The notes under the pieces: model-generated | The model's database searches: none | What the model saw: the letters and a program-made list of their open reading frames with translations, nothing else | What the model was told of the DNA's origin: nothing | Position numbers and translations under genes: made by a program | From: Felis catus | Lineage: Eukaryota | Length of the DNA stretch: 64,000 bases | Reading direction: 5' to 3' | Assembly: GCF_018350175.1 (NCBI RefSeq) | Contig: NC_058368.1 | Location: 143,222,001 to 143,286,000 of the forward strand | Shown: positions 23,801 through 34,690 of the stretch, piece after piece | How positions within the stretch are numbered: position 1 is the first letter of the stretch | Layout of the letters: each line of letters starts with the position of its first letter

Positions 23801-25508
23801 TATTGGGAAACAGAAACTGAAGTCTGGGTTTGAGGAAGAATGAAATGGGAGAGGATGAGTGAAGTTTTGACCAAGTTCAGATGTGTATAAGGGTTTGCAT
23901 ATAAAACTGTCAGAATGGAAACTTAAAAAAATTAGTTTGGAGCACAGTAGAGAAAACCACGGAGGAGAAAAAAGTTGGGGGAGTCATCAAGAGATCGTAT
24001 CACACTAGTCTGTTTAAGATACATTTCAATAACACTAAGCATGTGAATCTCATTCTAGAGAAAAGCTTTGAGAAGCAGCAGAGAAAAGCCATACCTGAAA
24101 TCTTAAAGCTCTTAATTTTTAAAAGGATCCGTAAAGCATTTGAAACTAACTGGCCCAAGTGTCCAAGTGTTAAAGTTAATACTTTTTTAAGTAAACTGGA
24201 TGGCATTCATTAATAAAGGTTAGACACAGTACTTCCTTTACAGCAATTCACAAAAATACTAACTGCATCAGATACAAATAGTTCCCAAAATACGTTCTAT
24301 GGAACAACAGTCTTAGAAATGAGTGTTCGGTGTTTAAATAAATTCTGCAAACACTGTTCTGTCCCATTCTGAAATACTTATAATGTACATTAGTGTATTA
24401 AAGGTTCTAAAACATCCTGCAGTAAAGAAACCCATTTAGGACTGAGTAACCCAGCATGTGGCAAAATTATCTGGCCCCAAAATTCTTTTCCATGTAACAC
24501 GTTAACATGTCATAGGACTTATATTTATAATCAAAATATGAAAATCAAAAGATAAATTTTGAGGTAAAAGTATCTCACTGTAAGCTGGTCTGGATATTCT
24601 GCCATTTTTACTGACATTACTGTCAGTAGAAAACATATATAAAAAATACAATACAAAATGGAAGCTTTACTTAGTAACGACTAGAGTATTATTTCTTAAA
24701 CGACATTGAAAGGAACTCTTCTAAGGAATTAATCTAACTGTCAATTTTAAAGCAAATAGATTTTGGCATGAAATGCTTTAAACTGCTTTAGAGGAATAAA
24801 ATTGAACCAGATACACACACCACCCCCATACACACTGTAAAACTAGAAAATCATCCACTTTGGCATTTCTTCCATCAATTATCAGGACAACAAGTAGTTC
24901 AAATGACCTATTATAAGAAAAGCTTACTGGAATATTTTCCAGTTGGTTCATAAAATAATTCTATGAAGCTGGTACAAGAACAATTCGGAAGTTCTTCATC
25001 TTGGGCTAAAATGCAGTAAAAGTACTACATGCAGTGATCAACTCCAAAACTTAATATGGATGTGAAAAACTGGAAGAATGGAAGTACAAGATGACCTGAG
25101 AAAAATGTGGTAAAATCAGAGTTTTGTTTTAAAAACAAGGTTTACTTAAACACATTAGAACTGACATAAAGACTGAGTATATTTAACTCTTATCTCTGTA
25201 ATAAGAAAAAAAAAAAAAAAACAACGAAAACTGAAGCAAAACAAAAAGACTACTTGCCAAGAAATATATAAATTCTAGATCTAGAAAAAAAAGGAAAAAG
25301 TTAACTTTCATCATCTGGATAGCTTTGATTTAGAAAAGTTCAATGATAATGCTTTTTAAAAATTATTACTGAAATCTGTATTTTTGCAAACATTATGTGA
25401 TTATGCAATAAATTTATGTTTCAAGGAAGTGCAAAGGTATGGGCCCAATATTAACAACCAAGCTCAAGGGAAGAAAAAGAAATTATACACTCCCTAGTCT
25501 TCTTTTAA

Positions 25509-25720
25509 AATTTTTGTTTTAATGTTTATTTGTTATTGAGAGAGAGACAGAGCATGAGCAGGAGAGGGCAGAGAGAGAGAGGGAGACACAGAATCTGAAG
25601 CAGGCTCCAGGTTCCAAGCTATCAGCACAGAGCCCAACATGGGGCTGGAACTCACAGACCGTGAGATCATGACCTGAGCCAAAGTCAGACGCTTAATCCA
25701 CTGAGCCACCCAGGCACCCC
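25509..25720 (-). mobile_element. CanSINE (feline type) with intact TSD
   Basis: TSD tccctagtcttcttttaa at 25491-25508 and 25721-25738. Confidence 0.95.
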
Positions 25721-25929
25721 TCCCTAGTCTTCTTTTAATGTTTGGTTTACAAATACTCTTTTTCATATATGTAAATATAGTTAAATATTGTAGCAAAGGG
25801 GATATAAAGAAGGTTATGGTTTCAAATAATTCCTCGACTTTCTAATTAAGTTTTCAGAAGAAAGCAGCCTGGTAGAAGTTTAAGAAACCCCAAGGTTAAT
25901 CATAGTTTCCACTGAGAGTTTGACACTGT

Positions 25930-26420
25930 TATAAACACGGTTGGCTGGCTATCCACCAACTATTTTTCAGCACTCCCTCCTAACATCTCCCTGCATTTTG
26001 TTCTGGTGCTCCAACCTTCCTTCACATGACTGTGAGCTTCACTAGAATAATCAAGGCAATTCCAGTCTTCTTACCAGAAGTCCATTTAGGAATGGACCTC
26101 TGAAGCAATTCAGGTCAATGAGATAAGCAAGGAATGTTTGCTGGAAGCTTCTGGGTACAGTCACAAAGAGATTCACACATAACAAGAGGTGTTCTCTTAA
26201 ATAACACTGTGTAAGCAGTGACATCGGACCTAAAGGAGTCATTTTAATGCTATGAGGCCACTAACCTGAGAACAAAGCCAACATTGTTTGCTAAGAATAG
26301 CAGATGGAAAGACAAAGAATCTGCTTCCTTGAGTTGTCACTGAATCAGTGAATTAGCCTCCAGGCTTATGTGGTAAAATAAATTCCCTAATTGTTTCAAG
26401 CAAGTCATTTTCACTTTAAA
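25930..26420 (+). mobile_element. Old MaLR LTR (MLT1J/K-like)
   Basis: gtcattttaatgctatgagg...cctgagaacaaagccaaca...gcagatggaaaga...ataaattccctaattgtttcaagc. Confidence 0.55.
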
Positions 26421-26434
26421 AATTACACAAATGA

Positions 26435-26622
26435 GGGGCGCCTGGGTGGCTTAGTTGGTTAAGCATCCAACTTTGGCTCAGGTCATGATCTCATGGTTCA
26501 TGGGATCAAGCCCCATGTCCAGGGAGCCTGCTTCGGATTCTGTGTCTTCTTCTAACTCTCCCCTTTCACAACTTGTGCTCTTTCTCTGTGTCTCAAAAAT
26601 AAATAAATGTAAAAAAAAAAAA
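26435..26622 (+). mobile_element. CanSINE (internally deleted)
   Basis: ggggcgcctgggtggcttagttggttaagc; TSD aaaattaca(c/t)aaatga. Confidence 0.9.
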
Positions 26623-28574
26623 AATTACATAAATGATAATTGAAGAGGTTTACATGAAATAAACCCTACAATGAAGTGCCCCTCAATCAAATGTGACTGA
26701 TGGTCTTCCAGAACTCCTGGCTAGCTATACACTGGTCATTCATCAACTTTATAACACAACCCCACAGCATATCCAATTAGATTTGGGTGGGGGGTGGGGG
26801 GGTCATTTAAAATTCTAGAGGTAATCAATAAAAAAATTCCTAAGACTAACTGCATTCAGACAGGCGGGAGGAAGAAATGTGACAATGGCAAAAGTTCACT
26901 ATCTACTTACTTTCTACTTTAAGAATTTAATACCCAAAGCTTTTAAGAAATAGCAGTATAACACATATTAGAGATAGGGAGAAAACCACCAAGAGAAATA
27001 ACAACTGGATGTTTTAAAAGCAGTTGACTCTAGTGATGCAGCTAGATGAAGGGGAAACCAGTGATTGTCTTTACAAAACTTCAAGTGTTACTTAATTTTT
27101 TAACTCTGTATAGGTACCAAAAAGACTTTTTTAAACCGGCATTGTGGAGGAATCTAGATACACATCAAAATTAACACCAAGAAAAGAATGTTTTAGGGAC
27201 CACTTATGAAGACTGCCAGAGAATCGAAGAATAAGTGACAAATTTTAATAGCTTGGAACTCAATGGACTCAACAGTACATGCTATGAAGGTATTTCTATT
27301 ATTCATTAAGAGGAATAGAGAGAGTGGAGAGAAGCAGAAATCCAAACATGCCTAAATCCAAGACTGAAGGTATGTCTACTTCTTGGTGAGGTGAAAATAC
27401 TCTCCTCCGTCAGAAGTAAAAACACACTAAGATAAAAACATTCTATGTCAGCTCAGTTTTTGGAATTTGAGAAGCTGGATAATACTTGTTAAGGCCAAAA
27501 CAACATGAACAAGGATCAGACAGGGAGTGAACAGACACCAATGATCACTGAATTTAGATGTAATACCTGAAGAACTTAGCTTCAGTGCCACTTGGGGGTG
27601 GCACAGAATGTCTTCAGACAAGTCAGAGCTCAAGCACCTGAATTTCCTCCAAAGAATTATCTTGCACAAGTAATAATATAAATTGTAATCCCACTGGGAT
27701 TATCGGGGAACTGGTTTAACTCCGTCTCCCCATACATCCACACGAGAAAAATCTTGACTACAATACCTGTCTTGATGCTGCTCAAATATTGTAACTGCAT
27801 ATTGCCAATTATGTACTTCTATTGCCATGTTATGTGTTTAACAGCTGACTGCATATACATTTAGAACGTTATCTTTTGAAACATACAAGCTTCTTTTGAG
27901 GGAAGCAGAGATTATTCTAATGGCTACCCAACACATAGTTGTACTACAAGAACTCCATCTAGTGATGGACCAAAAACATAGCAGGCATATGTTTTTTAAA
28001 ACTTCCAAGTTACTATTTAGCCAACACAAAACTGTAAAGTGACATTGTTATACCACAAGTATGCAGATTCAAAATGTGACGCCAACAACTACAAAACATT
28101 TTTTCTGGAAGAATTTCTTAGAACTGTTTGATGTTTAAAAATAGAGTTCCTTGGTCTTGTAATTGGTTAAATGACCCTTTGAATGAAAGATTTTTTTAGA
28201 AAATCATCATTTGCATCACAATTGAGCGTCAGAAACTTTCATGACATCAAATAAATTAAAATTTTCCATTTGGAATTTAAGATTATTAAATTACAAAATT
28301 ATAGTTAGTAAAAATACTATTTCTTTATATACCATCCCTCATTTTAAGAGCGGTTTTCATCAATCTTAGTCCTTTCATTAGGCCACAGCACTAGTTATTA
28401 AAAGAGATTATAGTACTTATTTACCTTGGGCACTTTAATCATTAGCTACTTTTAAAACATCAAGAGGTATAACAAAATTCATAGTAAAGAAAAGCAATCC
28501 CACTCAATGTATACTTTTTAGCAAATGATAATTATCAATTGATTCAATGCTCAAAGAACCTGACTTGCTAATTA

Positions 28575-28800
28575 TTTTTATTTTTAAAAAATTTTAAGTA
28601 ATTTTTTAAAGTTTATTTTTGAGAGAGAGTGAGCAAGTGAGCAGAGGAAGGTCAGAGAGAGAGGGAGAGAGAGAGGATCCCAAGTTGATGTCTGTCAGCA
28701 AGGAGCCCAATGTCGGGCTAGAACTCAGGAACCATGAGATCATGAACTGAGCTGAAATCCAGAGTCAGATGCTTAACCAACTGAGCCACCCAGGTGCCCC
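28575..28800 (-). mobile_element. CanSINE (SINEC)
   Basis: Ends ctgagccacccaggtgcccc. Confidence 0.9.
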
Positions 28801-28862
28801 TTGACATGCTATTTATTAAATAACCACCAAGTGACATCATCTCTGCCCCTCTTCTCCATTTT

Positions 28863-29094
28863 ATTATTTTTTATTAAAAAAAAAATTTTCTTAACATTTA
28901 TTTATTACTGACAGACAGAGAGAGAGCATGAGCATGGGAGGGGCAGAGGGAGGAGGAGACACAGAATCTGAGGCAGGCTCCAGGTTCTGAGCTGTCAGCA
29001 CAGAGCCCGATGTGGGGCTGGAACTCAAAAACCACGAGATAATGACCAGAGCCGAAGTTGGACACTCAACGAACTGAGCCACCCACACACCCCC
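28863..29094 (-). mobile_element. CanSINE (feline type)
   Basis: gagacacagaatctgaggcaggctccagg; TSD cttctccatttta. Confidence 0.9.
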
Positions 29095-29192
29095 CCTTCT
29101 CCATTTTAAACCATATCCATTTCAGATAAAATACTGGATGTTTAAAAATAGAGGTATTCCTGATAACTCATTATATTTAAAATTAGTATTGT

Positions 29193-29486
29193 CTCTCTGT
29201 CTCTCAAAAATAAAGAAATGAAAAAAAATTTAATCTCTGTCTCTCAAAAATAAATAAATGAAAAAAAAATTTTTAAAAAGGCGGGGTGCCTGGGTCCCTC
29301 AGTTAGTTAAGCATCCAACTTCGGCTCAGGTCATGATCTCACAGTTTGTGAGTTCGAGCCCTGGGTCGGGCTCTGTGCTGACAGCTCAGAGCCTGGAGCC
29401 TCCTTTGGATTCTGTCTGTCTCCTTCTCTCTCTGCCCCTCCCCACTTGCACTCTGTCTCTCAAAAATAAATAAAATAAAAATTTTT
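29193..29486 (+). mobile_element. Compound SINE: two orphan SINE 3' tails followed by a full CanSINE
   Basis: ctctgtctctcaaaaataaa(g/t)aaatgaaaaaaaa twice, then ggggtgcctggg at 29283; flanked by aattagtattgt direct repeats. Confidence 0.85.
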
Positions 29487-29734
29487 AATTAGTATTGTTA
29501 TTTCCAACTCTATTAGACTTTAAATATTCTTTACCCAGGTGATTTCCAATAAATAAAGCTAAATAGTGAAAAATGAAAATATACAAAAGGGAAATCGAAG
29601 GAAAAAAGCCTCTTATTAATGAAAATTTAATTTGTTTTAAAATAGGTGGTGCATTCCAAAAAATCTAAAAAAATTTTCTAGTAGACATCCAATTCCTAAA
29701 ACCTTTAAAAGTGAGTAAAATGTAAAAATATTAT

Positions 29735-29937
29735 TTAAAAAAAATTTTTTTATGTTTATTTATTTTTGAGAGAGAGAGCACAAGCGGGGGAGGGACAGAG
29801 AGAAAGGGGAACAGAATTTGAAGCAGGCTCCAGGCTCTGAGCTGTCAGCACAGAGCCTAAAGCAGGGCTCAAACCCATGACTGCAAGATCATGTCCTGAA
29901 GTTAGATGCTTAACTGACTGAGCCACCCAGGCGCCCC
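29735..29937 (-). mobile_element. CanSINE (feline type)
   Basis: Ends actgagccacccaggcgcccc. Confidence 0.9.
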
Positions 29938-30340
29938 AGAAGATTATATAAGTTCTAATACCAATAATATTTGAAGGAACAACAATACTCTTGGGTACTT
30001 TTCCTATACACCTACTACAAACTAACCAAGTGGATACTCAATCCATATAGTATCTGAAGAAGTAACTATTCTAAGAAATAAATCCAGGACTGAAGAGAAA
30101 GAATTGAAGGTACTGTGGCAAAATGTTAATGTTTGCTACATTTGAATAGCAGTTGCATGAATGTTACATTATTCCCTGTATTATTCTGAGTATCTTAAAT
30201 AGCTCACAACAAACAACAAAACTTCACACCACTTCTCTTAGAATTTTTATTGACACTGTGAAATCTGAATAATCAGCTATGTTTTATAGATATGTAGATC
30301 ATTTATTTTTAACTGTGACGCAAAAGTCTATGGTATAATT

Positions 30341-30790
30341 AGAGCACTGTCCAATACAGTACTACTAGCCACATGACTACTGAATATTTGAAATATGGCT
30401 TATGCAATTGATAAAGTGAATTCATTTAGATTTTGATACCCAAGTCACTTAAACACATTTAAGCATATACGGGACGACCTGGGTATGTGAATCTACTATT
30501 TCAATTGTACATTTGATGAAATTTAAACTGAGTTCAAGTATTTCTGATTTTAGCCTCCAAAATGAGAGGTGCTCTAAGTACAAAATACATAAGGGATTGC
30601 AAAAACTTAGTAAGTAAAAGTATGTAAAATATTCCAATGATTCTTATATTAATCACATATTAAAAAGATATTATTTTGGATATATTGTGCCAAAATGTGT
30701 TAAAACCAATTTTACCTTTTTAAAACATTAACAATAAATTTAAAATTATACAAGATGCTCACACTGTATTTCAAGTAGAAAATACTGGAC
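30341..30790. mobile_element. MER3/MER33-like hAT-Charlie element
   Basis: gcactgtccaata...actagccacatgactactgaatatttgaaatatggct...aaaatttaaaattataca. Confidence 0.6.
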
Positions 30791-30984
30791 TGTTTTATGT
30801 AGCCATTTCCTTACTGACAGACATAGAAGTTCCATTTTTTACACTATTACAAACAATGCCCCTGTATGTTTACTTGTGCACACATGCAAGAAGATATACT
30901 AGAAAAATTCCTGATCATAGGGTATGCACCAAAGCATATTTCCAATTTGCTCTTCACAGCACATGTACCAATTTATATTCTTTT

Positions 30985-31062
30985 ATAAAAAAAAAGGTTT
31001 ATTATTTATTTTGAGACACAAGAGAGAGAGAATCAAGCAGGGGAGGTGGGGGGTGGGAGAGA

Positions 31063-31101
<39 letters not shown>

Positions 31102-31247
31102 GGAAGGGAGAGGGAGGGGATCCCAAGCAGGCTCCATGCTGTCCGTGCAGAGCCTGACGCGGGGCTCGATCTCATGAACAGTGAGATCAGGACCTGAGCT
31201 GAAATCCAGAGTCAGATGCTTAACCGACTGAGCCACCCAGACGCCCC
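30985..31247 (-). mobile_element. CanSINE with expanded (GA)n, inside an old L1 fragment
   Basis: SINE body with (GA)n at about 31066-31098; flanks tttatattctt; L1-like surroundings (atgaaatggtatttcaatgttgctttaatctgcat). Confidence 0.88.
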
Positions 31248-31874
31248 TGAGTTTATATTCTTAATAGTCTTAGATAATTTCCTCCCAACACTTGGTAATG
31301 TCCAAGTAACATCTTTAATTTGTGCCAACTTGATGCGCATGAAATGGTATTTCAATGTTGCTTTAATCTGCATAACACTGATTACTAGTGAGGCTTAGGA
31401 GATCTTCGTATACTTCTGACCCATTTGAGTCCAGTAGATTTCTGTACTTATTCCTGAGCTTGTTTAAAACCTTATTTTAGCTTCAGAGAGTGAAAGAGAC
31501 CAGAATCCAAAATTCAGCACTCAAACCATAAGCAGGGCAACATTTCATAATTCTAACATATATAAACCTAATTGAGGTCAACACCCACTAAAGTACAGAA
31601 AAACCAAGTTGTTTTCCCCTAAATCTAAGGACATCTAATGTTTGAAAATCAATACAGTATAGATATAGCACATAAATTCTGCCCTTTTCCAAAGGCAAAT
31701 TATAGTTTTAGTTTTTATATACCAAATTGTTCCTGACATTCTTCAAAATTTTTCCTTTGTGGAGGGGTGAATACAGGAGTAATAAATGTGTACTAGTCAA
31801 ACTTTTAGAGTTTTTTAAAGTTTTCCTGGCTTCTTATCAAAACAAACAAACAAACAAACGAACAAACAAATCCA

Positions 31875-32070
31875 GGAGCTCCTGAGTAATTCAGTTAAGC
31901 GTCTGGCCCTTGATTCCGGCTTAGGTCATCATATCACAGTTCTCACAGTGCATGAGTTCAAGCCCCGAATGGAGCTCTGTGCTGTCAGAGGCTGGTAGGG
32001 ATTCGCTCTCTCTCCCTCTCTCTGCCCCCCATCTCAAAAAAAAAAAGAAATAAACTTTTAAAAAAATTTT
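31875..32070 (+). mobile_element. Diverged CanSINE preceded by (AAAC)n
   Basis: cagttaagcgtctggcccttgattccggcttaggtcat. Confidence 0.8.
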
Positions 32071-33239
32071 AAACCTAACCTTTAATGCTAAACTATAAGT
32101 CAAAAGTAATAATGTGATTTTACTGTCAAAAAGGTTAAACTCATGGGTGTTTTTCGAATATTAAACACTATCACCACTTCTACACAATTTCCATTCCAAC
32201 TTTCCTTAGACTTGAAAGAATCACTTCTATCTAATGGAGTTTTCTCAGTCACAGGTAATAACTACATCTGGCTAACTCCTTTCTGAGTGGTCTTCAAGTA
32301 TGTTAGCTATATGTAAGTCTACCAACGAACAGCATCTGGTATTTTATGTACGGTAGCCACACATTCTCAGTTTCTCAGATTATCCAACTTTAATATACTT
32401 ATTTTTTCTATTGAAAAAGGGCTGCATTAACTATAATTAAATGTGATTTATGATGCCCACTGTTGTCAGCTTCTCAGGAAACAAAGATTATAGACAAAAA
32501 TTTTTGTCAGATGCTGTGCCCCAATTTGGGGTTTTGCAAATACAATCTATAATGACATAGGGTTTTTGCTCAAATGCATTAGATCTATTTCAAAACAGTG
32601 GTGTTAAAATAATTCAGTCATTACAGCATTATGGAGTCCCAAACAAATTCTGACTGTGAATCCCAAACTTTCTGACTGTGAATGTATTTATTATTTTTCA
32701 CTGATGATAAATTTAATATACGTATACAATAAGCTACGTTGTGGGGGTGTCTTTGGCCTTTTCAGCCTTTCTGAAAGTGAATTTTAGCAGAGAGGTACAT
32801 GAGGTAATCACTATTGATAAAAAGGGCACCAGATACAGTACTCTACCGCTTATAGCACTGGTTTTTTTTTACACATTGTGGCAACCCAGAGGGTCATGGT
32901 CAACTTAATGGTTAACAATGGGCATTATAAAAAGTGAATGACAATGTAAAATATCAGAGGACATCTTACTTGTTAGCAGTGTACATATTTATTATCCATG
33001 AAACTTTGGGCTACTTATTTATTTATGCTTGCTGCAATGTAAGCTACTTTTTTTTTTCTTACTGTGAATCATAGTCAAAAAGTTTAAAAATCTACGCATT
33101 ACAAAATGCTTTCATTTAACGTTCATGAAAACCATGTGAAGCAGGCACACAATACCCACTTCATGGTACAGAAGCATAGGTCCTAGGTGACTCACCCAAA
33201 GTCACACAGCTAGCAAATGATATGAATAAGCATTTTTAA

Positions 33240-33850
33240 AATGCAAATGAAAATAAAATTCAGTCTCACTAGAAATTAAAGAACTGAAAATTAGAACCAC
33301 AAGTTATTTTTTCACCTGTCAAAACAGGAAACCTTTTTTTCAATGAAAAAACTCAATGTTAGTGAGAGTTTAAGGAAACCTGACACTTTCAAAAGCAGCA
33401 GGTGGGAGTACAAATCAGTTAAAGTCTTTTTGAAAAACACTTTGACAACGTATATCAAAAGCCTTTAAATTTTTGTGCATATCCTTTGACACATCGATTC
33501 CATTCTAGGAATTTACCTTAAGGAAATAATCAGGGGAATATGCAGAGATTTAGCTGTGTTGTATCACCACATAATCTACAATATCTATTTAGCTGGTTGT
33601 ATCACTACATAATCTACAATAACCAAAAGATGTAAATTCAAATGTTCAGTAATGTAAGACCAAACAAATTACAGTAAAGCCATATAGTGGAATCCTATGT
33701 CTCTATTAAAAACAAAGTAGTAGAATATTCAATGACATAAGATGTCCAAAATAGTCAATGAAAACAGTTTATAAAATAGTGAATACAGTATGTTTTGTTT
33801 AAAATATACCTACATGCATAGAAAAAATACATGGAGGACATTTAGTACTT
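33240..33850 (+). mobile_element. Old L1M (L1ME-like) 3' region fragment
   Basis: gcaggtgggagtacaaat...atcctttgacacatcgattccattctaggaatttacctta. Confidence 0.65.
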
Positions 33851-33859
33851 ATAGTCAGT

Positions 33860-34690
33860 CTTTGTCCTGCCTCTCCTTCTCTCAACACAGAAACCAGAGT
33901 TGTCCTTCTAAAAACCCAAGCTAGCACTAAAAAACTATGGGGAAGAAAAAGGGTGGAAGGGTGAGGATAAAGCAAGAAAGGCAAAATGTGGAAGGCTATT
34001 CAAGTGGGTGTGATGATGGTGGTTCAGGAGAGTTAACACCTAAATTAGGTGGGTCATTCCTCAAAACCCTCCAGTGGTTTACCAACTTAGTCACAGTAAA
34101 ACTAAAGTCCTTACAACAGTCTAAAGGCCTTCTACCAGTGTTTCTCAACCGTGGTTGTGTTAGAAACCCTCAGCCTGCAAGGCGATTGTCCTGTGTAGCC
34201 AGGAGGAAGAACCACCAGGATACCCACCCTCCAACCTCATCTGCCATGTGGTATCTTTTACTCCAGCCACACTGGCCCTCCTGGTGTTTCTCAAACATGC
34301 CAAGCACTGCCTACCACAGGGCATGAAGTACTCTTGCATGAAGTACTCTTTGCCCTCAGATCTGTCTAGCATTTTCCTTTGCTTCTTCCAGCTGTTAGCT
34401 CAAATGTTACCTTCTCAGTGAGGCTGGTCCTGATTGCTCTCTGTAAAAACTGCAACTCCTTCCTCTTCTTTCCCAGGATTCCCCAATCCCCTTGCTTTAA
34501 CTTCTCCCCCTGGTGTTTATTGCCATGTGACATACAATGTATTTTCTTATTTACTGTCCCTCTCCTAAAATGTTATCTCCTCAAGGGCAAGAATTAAGTC
34601 TTTTTAAATTATTGCTATGCCCCCAAGCAACTCAAATACCTGGCACACATTAGTCACATAATGAATGAATGAATGAATGAATGAATGAAT
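33860..34690 (+). mobile_element. LINE-2 3' part ending in (ATGA)n
   Basis: ctcaaaaccctccagtggttt...ctcaaatgttaccttctcagtgagg...cctggcacacattag...(atga)n. Confidence 0.8.

Noticed and set aside
27380..28260. Unique-looking segment considered as processed pseudogene or hidden exon
   Set aside because: No recognisable protein in the frames examined, no poly(A)/TSD, no convincing splice-site pair.
33937..34326. Longest ORF in the track (129 aa)
   Set aside because: Lies in degenerate L2 sequence, antisense to HOMER1, with no recognisable domain.
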